A stretch of 64,000 nucleotides of DNA, taken from Terriglobia bacterium (GTDB lineage Bacteria; Acidobacteriota; Terriglobia; 20CM-2-55-15). Under the pieces are notes generated by a model. It had not been told where the DNA came from. It did no database searches and worked only from the letters and a program-made list of their open reading frames with translations. Every line of letters starts with the position of its first letter. Within the stretch, counting starts at the first letter, position 1. Position numbers and translations under genes: made by a program. Shown piece by piece: positions 20,901-31,120 of the stretch. The stretch lies in assembly GCA_965218585.1 (NCBI GenBank), contig CBDCLE010000024.1, positions 256,001 to 320,000 of the forward strand, given 5' to 3'.

Positions 20901-23900
20901 GCTCTCCGTTACCGGCAATGGTTGTGATCGTGCCTTCCGGTGTCACCTGCCGGATGACGTTGTTCCACGTGTCGGCGATGAGTAGATTTCCTGAAGGATC
21001 CAGAGCCACGCCCTTGGGGTTGTAGAGGGAAGCCTCAGTCGCGGGGCCGTCATCGCCCGAGAACTCGGTCGCGCCGTCGCCGGCGACAGTAGTGATGATC
21101 CCGGTCGTGGTGTTGATGAAGCGAACACGGTAGTTTGTCTTGTCTGCGACGTAGAGGTTGCCGTCGGAATCGAGGGCGAGTCCGGACGGATCGGCCAGAG
21201 CAGCTTCGGTCGCAAGCCCGCCGTCACCTGAGAAGCTGAAGTCTCCGTTTCCGGCGACAGTGGTGATGATTCCGGTTGAGGTGTCGAGGAAGCGGACCCG
21301 GTTGTTGAACGTGTCAGCAATATAAAGGTTGCCGGCGGCGTCGGCCACGACCGCTTCGGGCCATGAGAGCTGTGCTTCGGTTGCCGCACCGGTGTCACCG
21401 GCGTAGCCGTTAACGCCACTCCCGGCAGCGGTGGTGATAATCCCGGTGATGCCGTCGACGCGCCGAATCCGGTGATTGCTGGTATCCGCAATGAACAGGT
21501 TGCCTGAAGAATCGCGGGTGATGCCTTCAGGTTGACTGAGGGAAGCGCCATGGGCAAAGCCGTTGTCACCGGAAAACTGGGTGAACCCGTCACCGGCGAC
21601 TGTCGCAATGACGCTGGTGTCGGGTGCGACACGCCGAATTCTGTGATTGAACGTGTCGGCTATGAAGATATTACCGGAGGCGTCGGCGGCCACACCGTAC
21701 GGCGAAGCCAGACTGGCCGCTGTCGCTAAGCCGCTGTCGCCGGAGAAACCAAACGTCCCCTCGCCAGCGACGGTTGATACCATGCCTGTGGTTGCATCGA
21801 TCTTCCGGACCCGGCTGTTGCCCCAATCCGCAACAAAGATGTTTCCGTCCCGGTCCACACCGACCCCTCGCGGTTGAAAGAACTCGGCTCCGAGAGCCGA
21901 GCCGTCGGCAAACCCTTCCAGGCCATTTCCGGCGATTGTGGTAATCACGCCGGTCCCGACATCGACTCTTCGAATCAAGCTGTTTCCGGAATCGGCGATA
22001 ACGATATTGCCGTCCGGATCGACCCCGACGCCGCCGGGACTGTCAAGATCAGCGCTTGTTCCCGCTCCGCCGTCTCCGGACGAACCCTGCTGTCCCGTTC
22101 CTGCGAAAGTCGTAATCGTGCCGGTGGCGCTGTCGATACGACGGATCCTGTGGTTACCCCTGTCGGCAATGAACACGTTTCCGGATCCGTCCACTGCAAC
22201 GGCTGTGGGAGCCGCAAGGGCCACGCTCGTTGCAGGACCGCCATCACCCGATGAACTGCGTTCGCCTGTCCCAGCCACCGTCGTGATGATCCCGGTCACC
22301 GCATCGACGCGTCGGATCCTGTGGTTACCCGTATCGGCGATATAGAGGTTTTGTCCGACGTCAACTGCGACGCCCTGCGGCCCCGCCAGCGCCGCAACCA
22401 GGGCGCCTTCGTTGTCCCGGGAGAACCCGCGCCTTCCTGTCCCTGCAACCGTACTGATGATTCCAGTGACAGCGTCGATTCGCCGGATGCGGTTGTTGCC
22501 AGTGTCGGCGATGAAAAGATGTCCGGCTCCAAAGGCCAGCGAGGTTGGAAAGGCCACCTGCGCCTGAACGGCCAGGGTCCCGTCACCCGCGAACGTGTTG
22601 CCTCCGGCGATGGTTGTGATCTCCCCGTTGGGGAGCACGCCGAGTGGTATCGGGTCGACCAGAAGGGGTTTCTGAACCAGGCCGCCGCGGGTTTGAACTG
22701 TCACGGTCACCAGTCCGCTGGGCAACTGTGGCGCGGCAAAAGATATGGTCTCGGTGTCGGTTGGGGTTGCGCCACTGACCTGGACGCCGCCGACGATGAC
22801 GACGCTGTTGGATTCGAAATTCCTCCCGCGGATCGTTACCGTATCACCGCCGAGGTTGGATACGCGGAAAGGTTCGATCGTCGTGATGACGGGTTCTCCG
22901 TAGCGGATCTCCTGGATCGAACGTTTCGAGTCCGCAACGAGAAGTTGCCCTTCCGCTCCAATCAAAATACCCTCTGGTTGTTCGAAGGAGTTGGGAGGAC
23001 TGACCGATACGACTTCGCTGCCCGAGAGGATGGCCCGTACCTGCTGACTCCCTGGCTCGGTGACGTAAATCGTCCCGGATGAGTCCACCGCGACACCGGT
23101 CGGGGAATTGAAAGAGAGTCCGGGAAGTCCAGATAAGACCCTGGATGACCAGAGCTTCTTTGATCCAGGCACGATGATTCCAGTGCTGGAAGCCTGGAGC
23201 AGAGTTTCCACTTCGCCTGCGGCCGAAACTCGCCGGATTGTTCCGTTGCCTGTGTCCGCAACGATCATGCGATCCGGTGGTGGTGGAAGACCCAGAAGCT
23301 CTCTCTCGATCCGCTGTGCCTGTGTTTCCGGTTCGAGTGCAATCCCGATCGGCGATCGGAACCGCGCTGCGGCCCCGGTGCCATCCGCCTCTCCCGGGGA
23401 CCCAGCAGTACCGGCAACCGTCGAGACCGTTCTAGACACGAGATCAATCTTGCGGATAGTGTGATTGCCGGAGTCGGCGACCCAGAGGTTGCCGCTGTTA
23501 TCCAGAACCAATCCTCCCGGATTGTTGAAGGATGCCTCAGCGACCAGTCCATCCTTGTCGCCCGGGGCGCCAGTCCCGGCGAGTGTTTCGACCTCGCCCT
23601 GACTGGCCAGAGGGACTTTTCGGATGACGTGGTTCTCCGAGTCGCTGATGTAAAGGCCTCCGGTGTTGTGGTCGATTACCAGCGCTCGGGGCGCCTTGAA
23701 TAGAGACTCCAGGGGCGATGTGTTTCGCAATCCGGGAGTCTGTTCGATTCCCGCAAAAATCTGGGCAGACTGTTTCAGATTTTCAGAGGAACGGATCGTA
23801 TGTTGCTCGGCCGATGCGACGTAAAGGCGGCTTGCCTGGTCCTGGACGATCGCGGTTCCAAACCCGGTGACACCTGAGATCACGTTGACCACGCTGATCG

Positions 23901-25606
23901 TGGCCGTAGCCACCACCTCCCCGGCTCCGACAACGAGCGTTGAAAACCCGGCCTGTCTCCCGAAGACCAGTCCCAGGCTGCTGTCGACTGTGGCGACGTC
24001 AGAACTGACACTGGTCAGTGTGACCGGGAAGTCGTCACGGAGATTCCCCAGGCTATCGACCACGCGAATCTGCGGGCGCCCTGATTCTCCTTCGTTGACA
24101 ACCATCTCGAGGGTTGCTTCATTGGATACCGGATCGATCAGGGAAACCGAGGCCACTGAAGCCGTGTTTCCAGGAAAGAACCGCTGACCTCCGACGACAT
24201 TGAATCCGAACTGACTTCCCGTCGTGCCTGCGACTGGAACGCTCAGAACGGTTCCGTTGGACTGGAAGAAATTCAGATCGCCCACGGAAGGGATCGCTGC
24301 ATTTGCACTCAGAAGAATGAGCTGGGTTGAGAAACCCCCGCCAATTGCGATCTGCGGAAACATTAGAAGGGTCGCATCCGGAGGGGCGTTCAAGTCTGCT
24401 ACAGGCAAGGTTGTCAGAACCAGGGTGCTCGCAGTATTTACGGTCGTGAGCTTCAGGGTCACCGGGGCAATCGGAGCAGTGCTCTGGATCTCCATCAGGC
24501 CGGTAAACCCTTCGACCAGATTCGGAAACAATTCATGGGCAAAGATAGCCAGATGATTCCCTGTAGCGAGTTCCCGCGTAACCGAGGATTCCGGGAAACC
24601 GTTCCGGTCCAATAGCGTGATTACCATGTTCGCTGTCTGGGTCCCCGGATTGGCCACCGCCACGCCCGTCCGCGTTCCGTTGTGATCGACGAAGATCCGG
24701 GCCGAGGTGGTTGTTGCGGTCGCGCCAACGCCCGCCTCGGTCACGAGCTGGCCGTTGATCTTGAAAAGGAAGATGGCTGTGCCGGCGGGGCTGGTGGAGC
24801 CGACCTGGGGCACTGCGAGCGCGTACCCGACGCTCAGCCCCTCCACGCTCTCGAGTTCGGGTTGGAACGTGCCGTTGGGTGGAATTTCATAGGAGAACGC
24901 TGAGGCCGTGGTTTCCGAAACCCGTGCGACCAGTGGCTGGCCATTGGATTGGACGAGCTGGATTGTTCCCCGGATGGTTTCCCCGGTCGGGTTCATCAAC
25001 ACGATCTGCGTTGTAAATCCTTCGCCGACTGCGATGTGGGGGAAGACAACGGTTTCTGTCACCGAGGACGCGTTCAAGTCGACAACGGGCAACGTCGAAT
25101 AGATGGGTTCGTTGGATTGGTTGAGCGTTTGACGAAACGCTATGGCGCCAATGGGTTGGCTGCTGGTAAAGGTCAAGCTGCCTGTAAAGCCTGGCGTCTG
25201 CTCTGTAAACAGTTCAGAGACGAACCGTGCCAGATGTGCGTTGGCCCCAAGAGTCTCTGTCTGGGTAGCGACCTGGGTTCCCGCTGTATCGCGAACGACC
25301 ATGACGACACTGGCCGCCTCAAGGTTTGGATTGGCGATCGCGAGGGCGGTCTGGGTGCCACGTTCGTCAACGAAGATGCGGCCTGAACTCAGGGGTTCGA
25401 CAGCTCCGACGCCGGCCTGACTCACCAAGATTCCGGATCCGTTGGTAAAAGTGAACAACGCGGTTCCGGTTGGAGCTTGCCCCCCCGTCAGGGGTCAGGA
25501 CCGTGTAGCCGACCTGGATCTGGCCCAGCGCCCGGGATGGGGCGAGAAGGAGGCAGATCGCCAGAGTCAGGAGTCCAATTCGCCGATTTGTGAGAATTCC
25601 GGGCAT
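17974..25606 (-). CDS. Giant (~2540 aa) secreted surface protein: signal peptide, 2 tandem beta-rich domains, Ig-like (Big2) domain, NHL propeller, IPT/TIG, 12 NHL repeats, 7 PPC domains; frameshift in the G-run near 25490
   Basis: ORF 25367-25606 supplies the signal peptide; removing one G from the 7-G run gives DGGQAPTGTALFTFTN, joining ORF 17974-25458. Repeats counted directly in the translation. Confidence 0.88.
18100..20575 (-). repeat. Seven tandem ~115-aa PPC (pre-peptidase C-terminal)-like repeats, each with two conserved Cys
   Basis: C..I..G....G.L...D..S..R....DCYTF....G.......S.DFD.YL.L.......DD......SRI......EATS......Y.L repeated 7 times. Confidence 0.85.
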
Positions 25607-25909
25607 GGGGAGGCGTCCCTATCTTCTTATATATAAACGGGTGTCATGAATTGAGCAATTCCCAATCTTGAATTGAAGAACCTTGGCAATGAAGGGTTTG
25701 GGAGGCGTTTGGCCAACTGAGCAACGTAAATCCGGGCTTTGGGAGCGCCCGGAGGCGTCCCTCCCGGTGGTTTGGGGCCGCCTGGTTTTCCGCTCAAAAC
25801 GCCGGTCCCTCCCTGACACATTGACTGGTTCATGACCAAGTTGTAAAGTTCGGTTATTGAAGGGTTTCAAAGTGTAGCTAGAGCATAACACTAACGTAGT
25901 GCCTCGACG

Positions 25910-28900
25910 ATGAGTGCGAAGTGAAGGAAGGCGGCATGCATTCTGGCCTCTTTCGGCCTGATATCCACTCATTCGGCTGTCACTGCGGGTCCTCGTCAGG
26001 AACCCGATGGGGTTATAGATCCTGAGCGTCTCTGGGCCATAGTCATCGGTGTTTCGAATTACACCCACGCCGAGCCTCTGTTGTATGCCGCTTCCGATGC
26101 GGAGGCTTTCGGGGAGTTTCTCAAGAGCCCGCGAGGAGGAGGAATTCCCGAGGACCACGTCACGATCCTCGTCGAAGACCAGGCGACGCGGTTCGGCGTT
26201 CTGGTTGCACTGGAGGAACTGCAGGGCAGGGTTCAGCGGGGAGACACGGTTTACGTATACGTCGCCGGCCACGGCTTCATCAAGAACCGGGTGGGATATT
26301 TCATTCCCAGTGACGGGGCCTTGAACCTGCCCGCGGCTACGGCCATCAATTTCTCGCATCTCAAGGACATGGTCGAATCCGGCCTGGCCCATGCGAATAC
26401 GCGCATTCTTGTGACCGACATGTGCAATGCGGGACGTATCGGGCCGAACCAGACGGAATTGGCGGCGGGCATACAGAACCTGATCAACGCGAACCTTCTC
26501 GACCTCAACGCGGGCGCGGGAACTTTTCTGAATCTGCTGGCCAGCCGGCCCACGGAGGCGTCATGGGAAAGCGACGAACTCGAGCAAGGAGTGTTCACCT
26601 ACACGCTGCTCGAAGCTTTGAACGGAAGAGGTAGTCCTTCAGGTCAGGCGATCGCCTCAGCCGAGGACGTCGTGAACTATGTCCGTTCTGAAGTCGCCAG
26701 CTATACGGCCAGCCAACAGAACCCGATGGCAAACGAGGGCTTCGATCCTATGTTGCCGCTGGCCTATCTGGACCTGCCCGGGCCGGAGCTGTCACCAACG
26801 GATCCAAGAGCGAGTCTAGTTGTCGTCAACGCCGGTCGGTCCGGTTACAACCGTGTGGAGTGGCAGGAGCCTCTGACCGAATCCCAGGCGCTGTTATTGC
26901 TACCGGAGGATCAGGACAACATCGAGATTTCACCCCTGGAAACGGGCGCACTTGAGCTGGTCTTTTACGGCGACGAAGAACAGGAACGCAACGTTACCGT
27001 CGAGCTCGAATCGGGCGAAAATACGCTCACACTGGATGCCGCTGGGTTCCAATTCCGACCGTCGGGTCCGGTTCAGCTTGCTGCATTGGGGACAGTCGCT
27101 CCTCCTCGGGCCCAGCTCGCAGTTCCGGTTGGAGGATCGATACTGTTCCTGCGACCGGCCGCTGGGACCGATATCTACGTCGACGGGCGATATTTCGGCA
27201 GCAGCGATACGACCGATGAGCTGGTTGAGCTCCGGGGCCTCGAACCCGGCATTCTTAACCTACAGTTGCTCGAAGGAGCAGACAGGGAATATCGCTTCCG
27301 CCTGGAGTTGTTCTCCGGACCACAGGTTCTGGATCTTTCCAGTGGCGAACTGCGCTCCCTTGCCGCGAGACCGCCGGCGCCATCCCCAAATACAGTTCCG
27401 CTGACCCTTCCCGCAGCTACGGTTCAGACGTATCAGGATTTCGAACGGGCGCTCTGGGCTCGCGATCTGATCGAGCCGGACGGGCAATCCGCCTGGGACT
27501 ACTACAACCAGATCGCAAAACCAGGTTCCGGCCGACATCTCCGACGACATGCGCAGCCGCCTGGTTGTTGCCCTCGGAAATGAGGCGCAGCAGACGATCC
27601 TGAAGTATCGCAATGGAGGCGCCATCCGTTGGAGCGCCGATGTCTTCGAGGAAGGATCGCTGTTGATCCAGCGCGTCCTTGATCTGTTCCCGACAAAACC
27701 GGAACTGGAATCTCAACGCCAGTTCTTCGACGGTCGTGCGCTGGCGGAAAACGGTCAGTACGCGGCGGCGGTTCAGACGCTTCAGCAGGCGATCGCGCTG
27801 GACCCGGAAGCAAGCCATGCGCACAACGCGATCGGGCTGAGTTTCTGGCAGCAGGGCCTCCTCGACGCGGCGATCGCGCCTCTCCAACAGGCGATCGCTC
27901 TGACTCCGGAATGGAATTATCCCCGGTACACGCTGTCGCTGGTCTACCTCGAGCAGCGCCTCTACGATCAGGCGGAGCAGGGATTTCAGGATGCGCTGGT
28001 CAATGACGCCGAGGACAGTACGGCCTATCACGGTCTCGGCCAACTCTACCTGCTGGAGGGCAGAAATGACGACGCTCTGGTCCAACTCCAGCAGGCGGTC
28101 CTCTTTAATCCGGGCAATGCGTACGCGCATCACACCTACGGCCAACTGCAGCAGCGACTCGGGATCCTGGACGAAGCAGAAGAGATGTTCCGTCTCGCGA
28201 TCCGTCTCGAGCCCGGCGAGCCCGCTTTCAGGGCCAGCCTGGGGAGCGTCCTGGTGGATGCGGGTCAAGGCGCCGATGCCGATGCTGTTTTTGCCGCAGT
28301 CGCAGCGACCGATCCCGACAATATTCCTTCGTCCAGGCCTACCGTGCTTTTCTGGAATCAGAGAACAGACTCGATGAGGCGGGGGCGCTTCTCGAACGGG
28401 CTGTCGAGTTGAGGCCGGAAGATCCAAACCTGCGCGTTCTCTATGGCGGATTTCTCAGGGAGCGTGGGGAACTTGATGATGCGGAGGACGAATACGAAGA
28501 GGCGATCGATCTGGATGAGGCCAATGCCTTTGCACACCATGACCTGGCCACCTTGCATCTGGAGCGGCAGGATCTGGATGCGGCCGAACGAGAACTTCAG
28601 AACGCGATCGAGGCGGACCCCCGATTTTCTGCACCCAGGCGCCTGTTGGGCCAGATACGATTCGCCCAGGGGCGGTTTGAAGATGCGCTCGAAGAATACG
28701 AAACGGCTCTAGAGTTTTCAGTAGAACCGGAACAGGTGGCCGAGTTCGAAGCGGCGGTTGCCGAAACCCGGACGCTCGTCGTTGCCGACAAACTTGAAGC
28801 TGCGGAAGACGCTTTTGAGGACGAACGTTACGGTGATGCCTGGGATGGGTACCTCGAGGCCGCACGAGTATCTCCCGAGGATGCCGATGTGCGAAACGCG

Positions 28901-29707
28901 ATACTTCAGTTCCAGTACGATCGCCCCGAGGAAAGTGAAACCGGTGATCTGCCCGATTCCGAGTTGGCATCGGTGCTTGCGACCCGGTTCTGGGTCGACC
29001 AGGTTGTTGCCGAAGATCTCTGGAGAGCTGGCAGAGCAGGGGAAGCCTTGACGGCGTTCACCGATGCACTGGAGGGCCTGGACCCCGATGAGAGAAGACG
29101 CATCGCCGGGACGCGTTTTAACCTGCGGAACGAAGAGCACGGCATTCACGAGATCATCTATCGCTGGGCGATGCGGATGATCGGTGAGGGCGACTACGCC
29201 CAGGCCCAGGCCGTCATGGACCGTGCCGAAGCGCTCAGTCTGTATGCTCGGGTTCCCGGTTTCTTGCCGCTCACGATCGATAGCCTGATGTATCCGGAGG
29301 ATGTTGTCGACGCCGAGGTGTTCGCCGACTTCGAGATTTCCCATCATCCGGACGAGCGCGCCCATGAAATCTACGCGATCCTGGAAGCGGTGACCGGAGC
29401 GATCGAAGAAGTCCCAACCTATCTGGAGACTTTCGAAGGGCGTGGGCCCCACATCGGAATTCGGATGTCCGTTGCGGAAATACTGAGACAGGAATCCATG
29501 TTCGAAGACGCGGTGCCCCTGCTCGAAGCCATCGTTGAAGGTCCGGAACAGGATCCGACCGCCGCCCTCCCGTCAGTTTATGTCCTTCTGGCCGATCTGG
29601 AATGCTCGGCCGGGGACTGCGCCGGAGCGCTGGAAACCCTGGAATTGGCGCAGGAACTATTTCCCGCAAGCGACCTGATCCAGGATGCGATTGGGCGGAT
29701 GAGATAG
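25910..29707 (+). CDS. Secreted caspase-like peptidase (C14) plus PEGA-like region and long TPR array (~1265 aa), interrupted by an in-frame TGA (25922) and two compensating indels (~27520, ~28328)
   Basis: Upstream in-frame RLWAIVIGVSNY..L.YAASDA; catalytic YVAGHG and VTDMCNAG; GVFTYTLLEALNG; QQNP; TPR helices in ORFs 27549-28412 and 28409-29707. Confidence 0.85.
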
Positions 29708-29709
29708 TT

Positions 29710-31040
29710 TTGACGATCGGATCCACAGAATCGCGACCCCGGCCTCTGTCCATCGTTCTTCTAATCCTTTTGATTGGAATCCCTCTGTTGAACGCAGCCG
29801 ATACGCTCACCGGCGAGGTGCGGGGCGAAGTTCTGGACATTGTCAGCCAGAATCCGATTGAAGACACGACGATGACGCTGACCAACGTGGACCGGGGATG
29901 GTCACGCCAGTTATCCAGCGACAACATCGGAAACTACGTTTTTATTCAGCTTGAACCCGGAAACTATTCGGTGGTGGCGGAAAAGGAAGGCTATTACACA
30001 AGCGAACGCACCGACGTTCTGGTCCGTCTGAATCAACCCAAGGTTGTGATTCCCGCATTCGAGCTTCGAAGCCTGGTGGCTACGCCGACACAGCAGCTGA
30101 CCGTCCAGGGAGAACAGACACGTGTGGCGCTGATCGATCTGACCGCACCGGGACCCAATCCAACGATTCTGGCTTTCATCAACGAGCCGGGCTTCACGTC
30201 GCTGGCCTCTACACTCGACTGGACTCTACGCTACAACTTCGAGGGCGAAATATTGGACCTCCTGCCCATGAGAGGCAGTCGCAGCTTCGACCAGTTGTCG
30301 CTTCTTTCGCCCGGTGTTTTCAGGGTGCCTTTTTCGAGTGGATCCGGCCCGGCAGTAGGGAACGGTGTGGGCGGGACCGGCCAATTCTCGGTCAACGGAA
30401 TGCGGAGCCGAAGCAACAACTTCACCGTCGATGGGTCCGATAACAACGACGAAGACATCGGAGTGCGCCGGCAGGGTTTCGTGGCGATGGTGCCGCAGAC
30501 CGTGGAAAGCGTTCAGGAGTTTCAAATCGTCACCGCAGGTTTCCCGGCGGATGCGGGACGAAACACAGGCTCTATGGTGAATGCTGTGTCACGGTCCGGA
30601 CAGCAGGATGTTCACGGCAGCGTGTACGGATTCTTTACCGGCGACGGTCTTGCAACGCGCAACTACTTCGACAGATCCTTCGAAGATGGTGTGAACGGGC
30701 CGGGCCTTGACGGGGGTCGATACGCGGGAGAAGACTTCAGCCATTACCAATATGGAGGCGTTGTCGGCGGGTCCATCATTCCTGATCGCCTGTACTATTT
30801 CGTATCCGCAGAAAAGCAGAGGAGCCGCGGTACGGCGCTGGGCGACTTTGTCGTTCCGACTCTGGGGCAGCGGGGTTTACGGACTGCGAACGGAGTCGTT
30901 GGAATCGATGATCTCGGAGGATTTCTCCAGGGGCGGGGCATTCCCTATTCCGACCAGGCGGGCAGGGGTGTCTTTTCCCTCTACCCCCTTCCGAACGACC
31001 CATCCGGCCCTTTTGGGGAGAACAACTATGCGGCCGCCCG
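29710..31040 (+). pseudogene. TonB-dependent receptor (carboxypeptidase-regulatory-like N-domain, Oar-like), 3'-truncated
   Basis: Signal peptide, GNYVFIQLEPGNYSV, LPMRGSRSFDQLSLLSPGV, SVNGMRSRSNNFTVDGSDNND, ESVQEFQIVT and GGVVGGSIIPDRLYYF; stops at ~445 aa, whereas such receptors usually exceed 1000 aa. Confidence 0.85.
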
Positions 31041-31120
31041 TCCTGGACCCAAGCGCTGGTGTTGACGTGGCGTTGGGTGCGCAATCGGGTGAGGGCATCG
31101 TGGAGGTCTGGAGGGATGCC

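Noticed and set aside
18100-22650. Regularly spaced similar sequences suggesting a CRISPR array or tandem DNA repeat
   Set aside because: They are degenerate, codon-level protein repeats (NHL, PPC) inside one ORF; there are no identical repeats with unique spacers and no cas genes.
25910-29707. Caspase-based abortive-infection defence system (gasdermin, CBASS or Avs type)
   Set aside because: No gasdermin, cyclase, STAND NTPase or TIR partner is adjacent; the protein appears exported and its neighbours are envelope proteins.
30707-31120. N-terminal 138 aa of the 1621-aa ORF
   Set aside because: Most of it is an alternative-frame read of the TonB receptor plus the junction fragment; homology to paralog 1 starts only at 31121.
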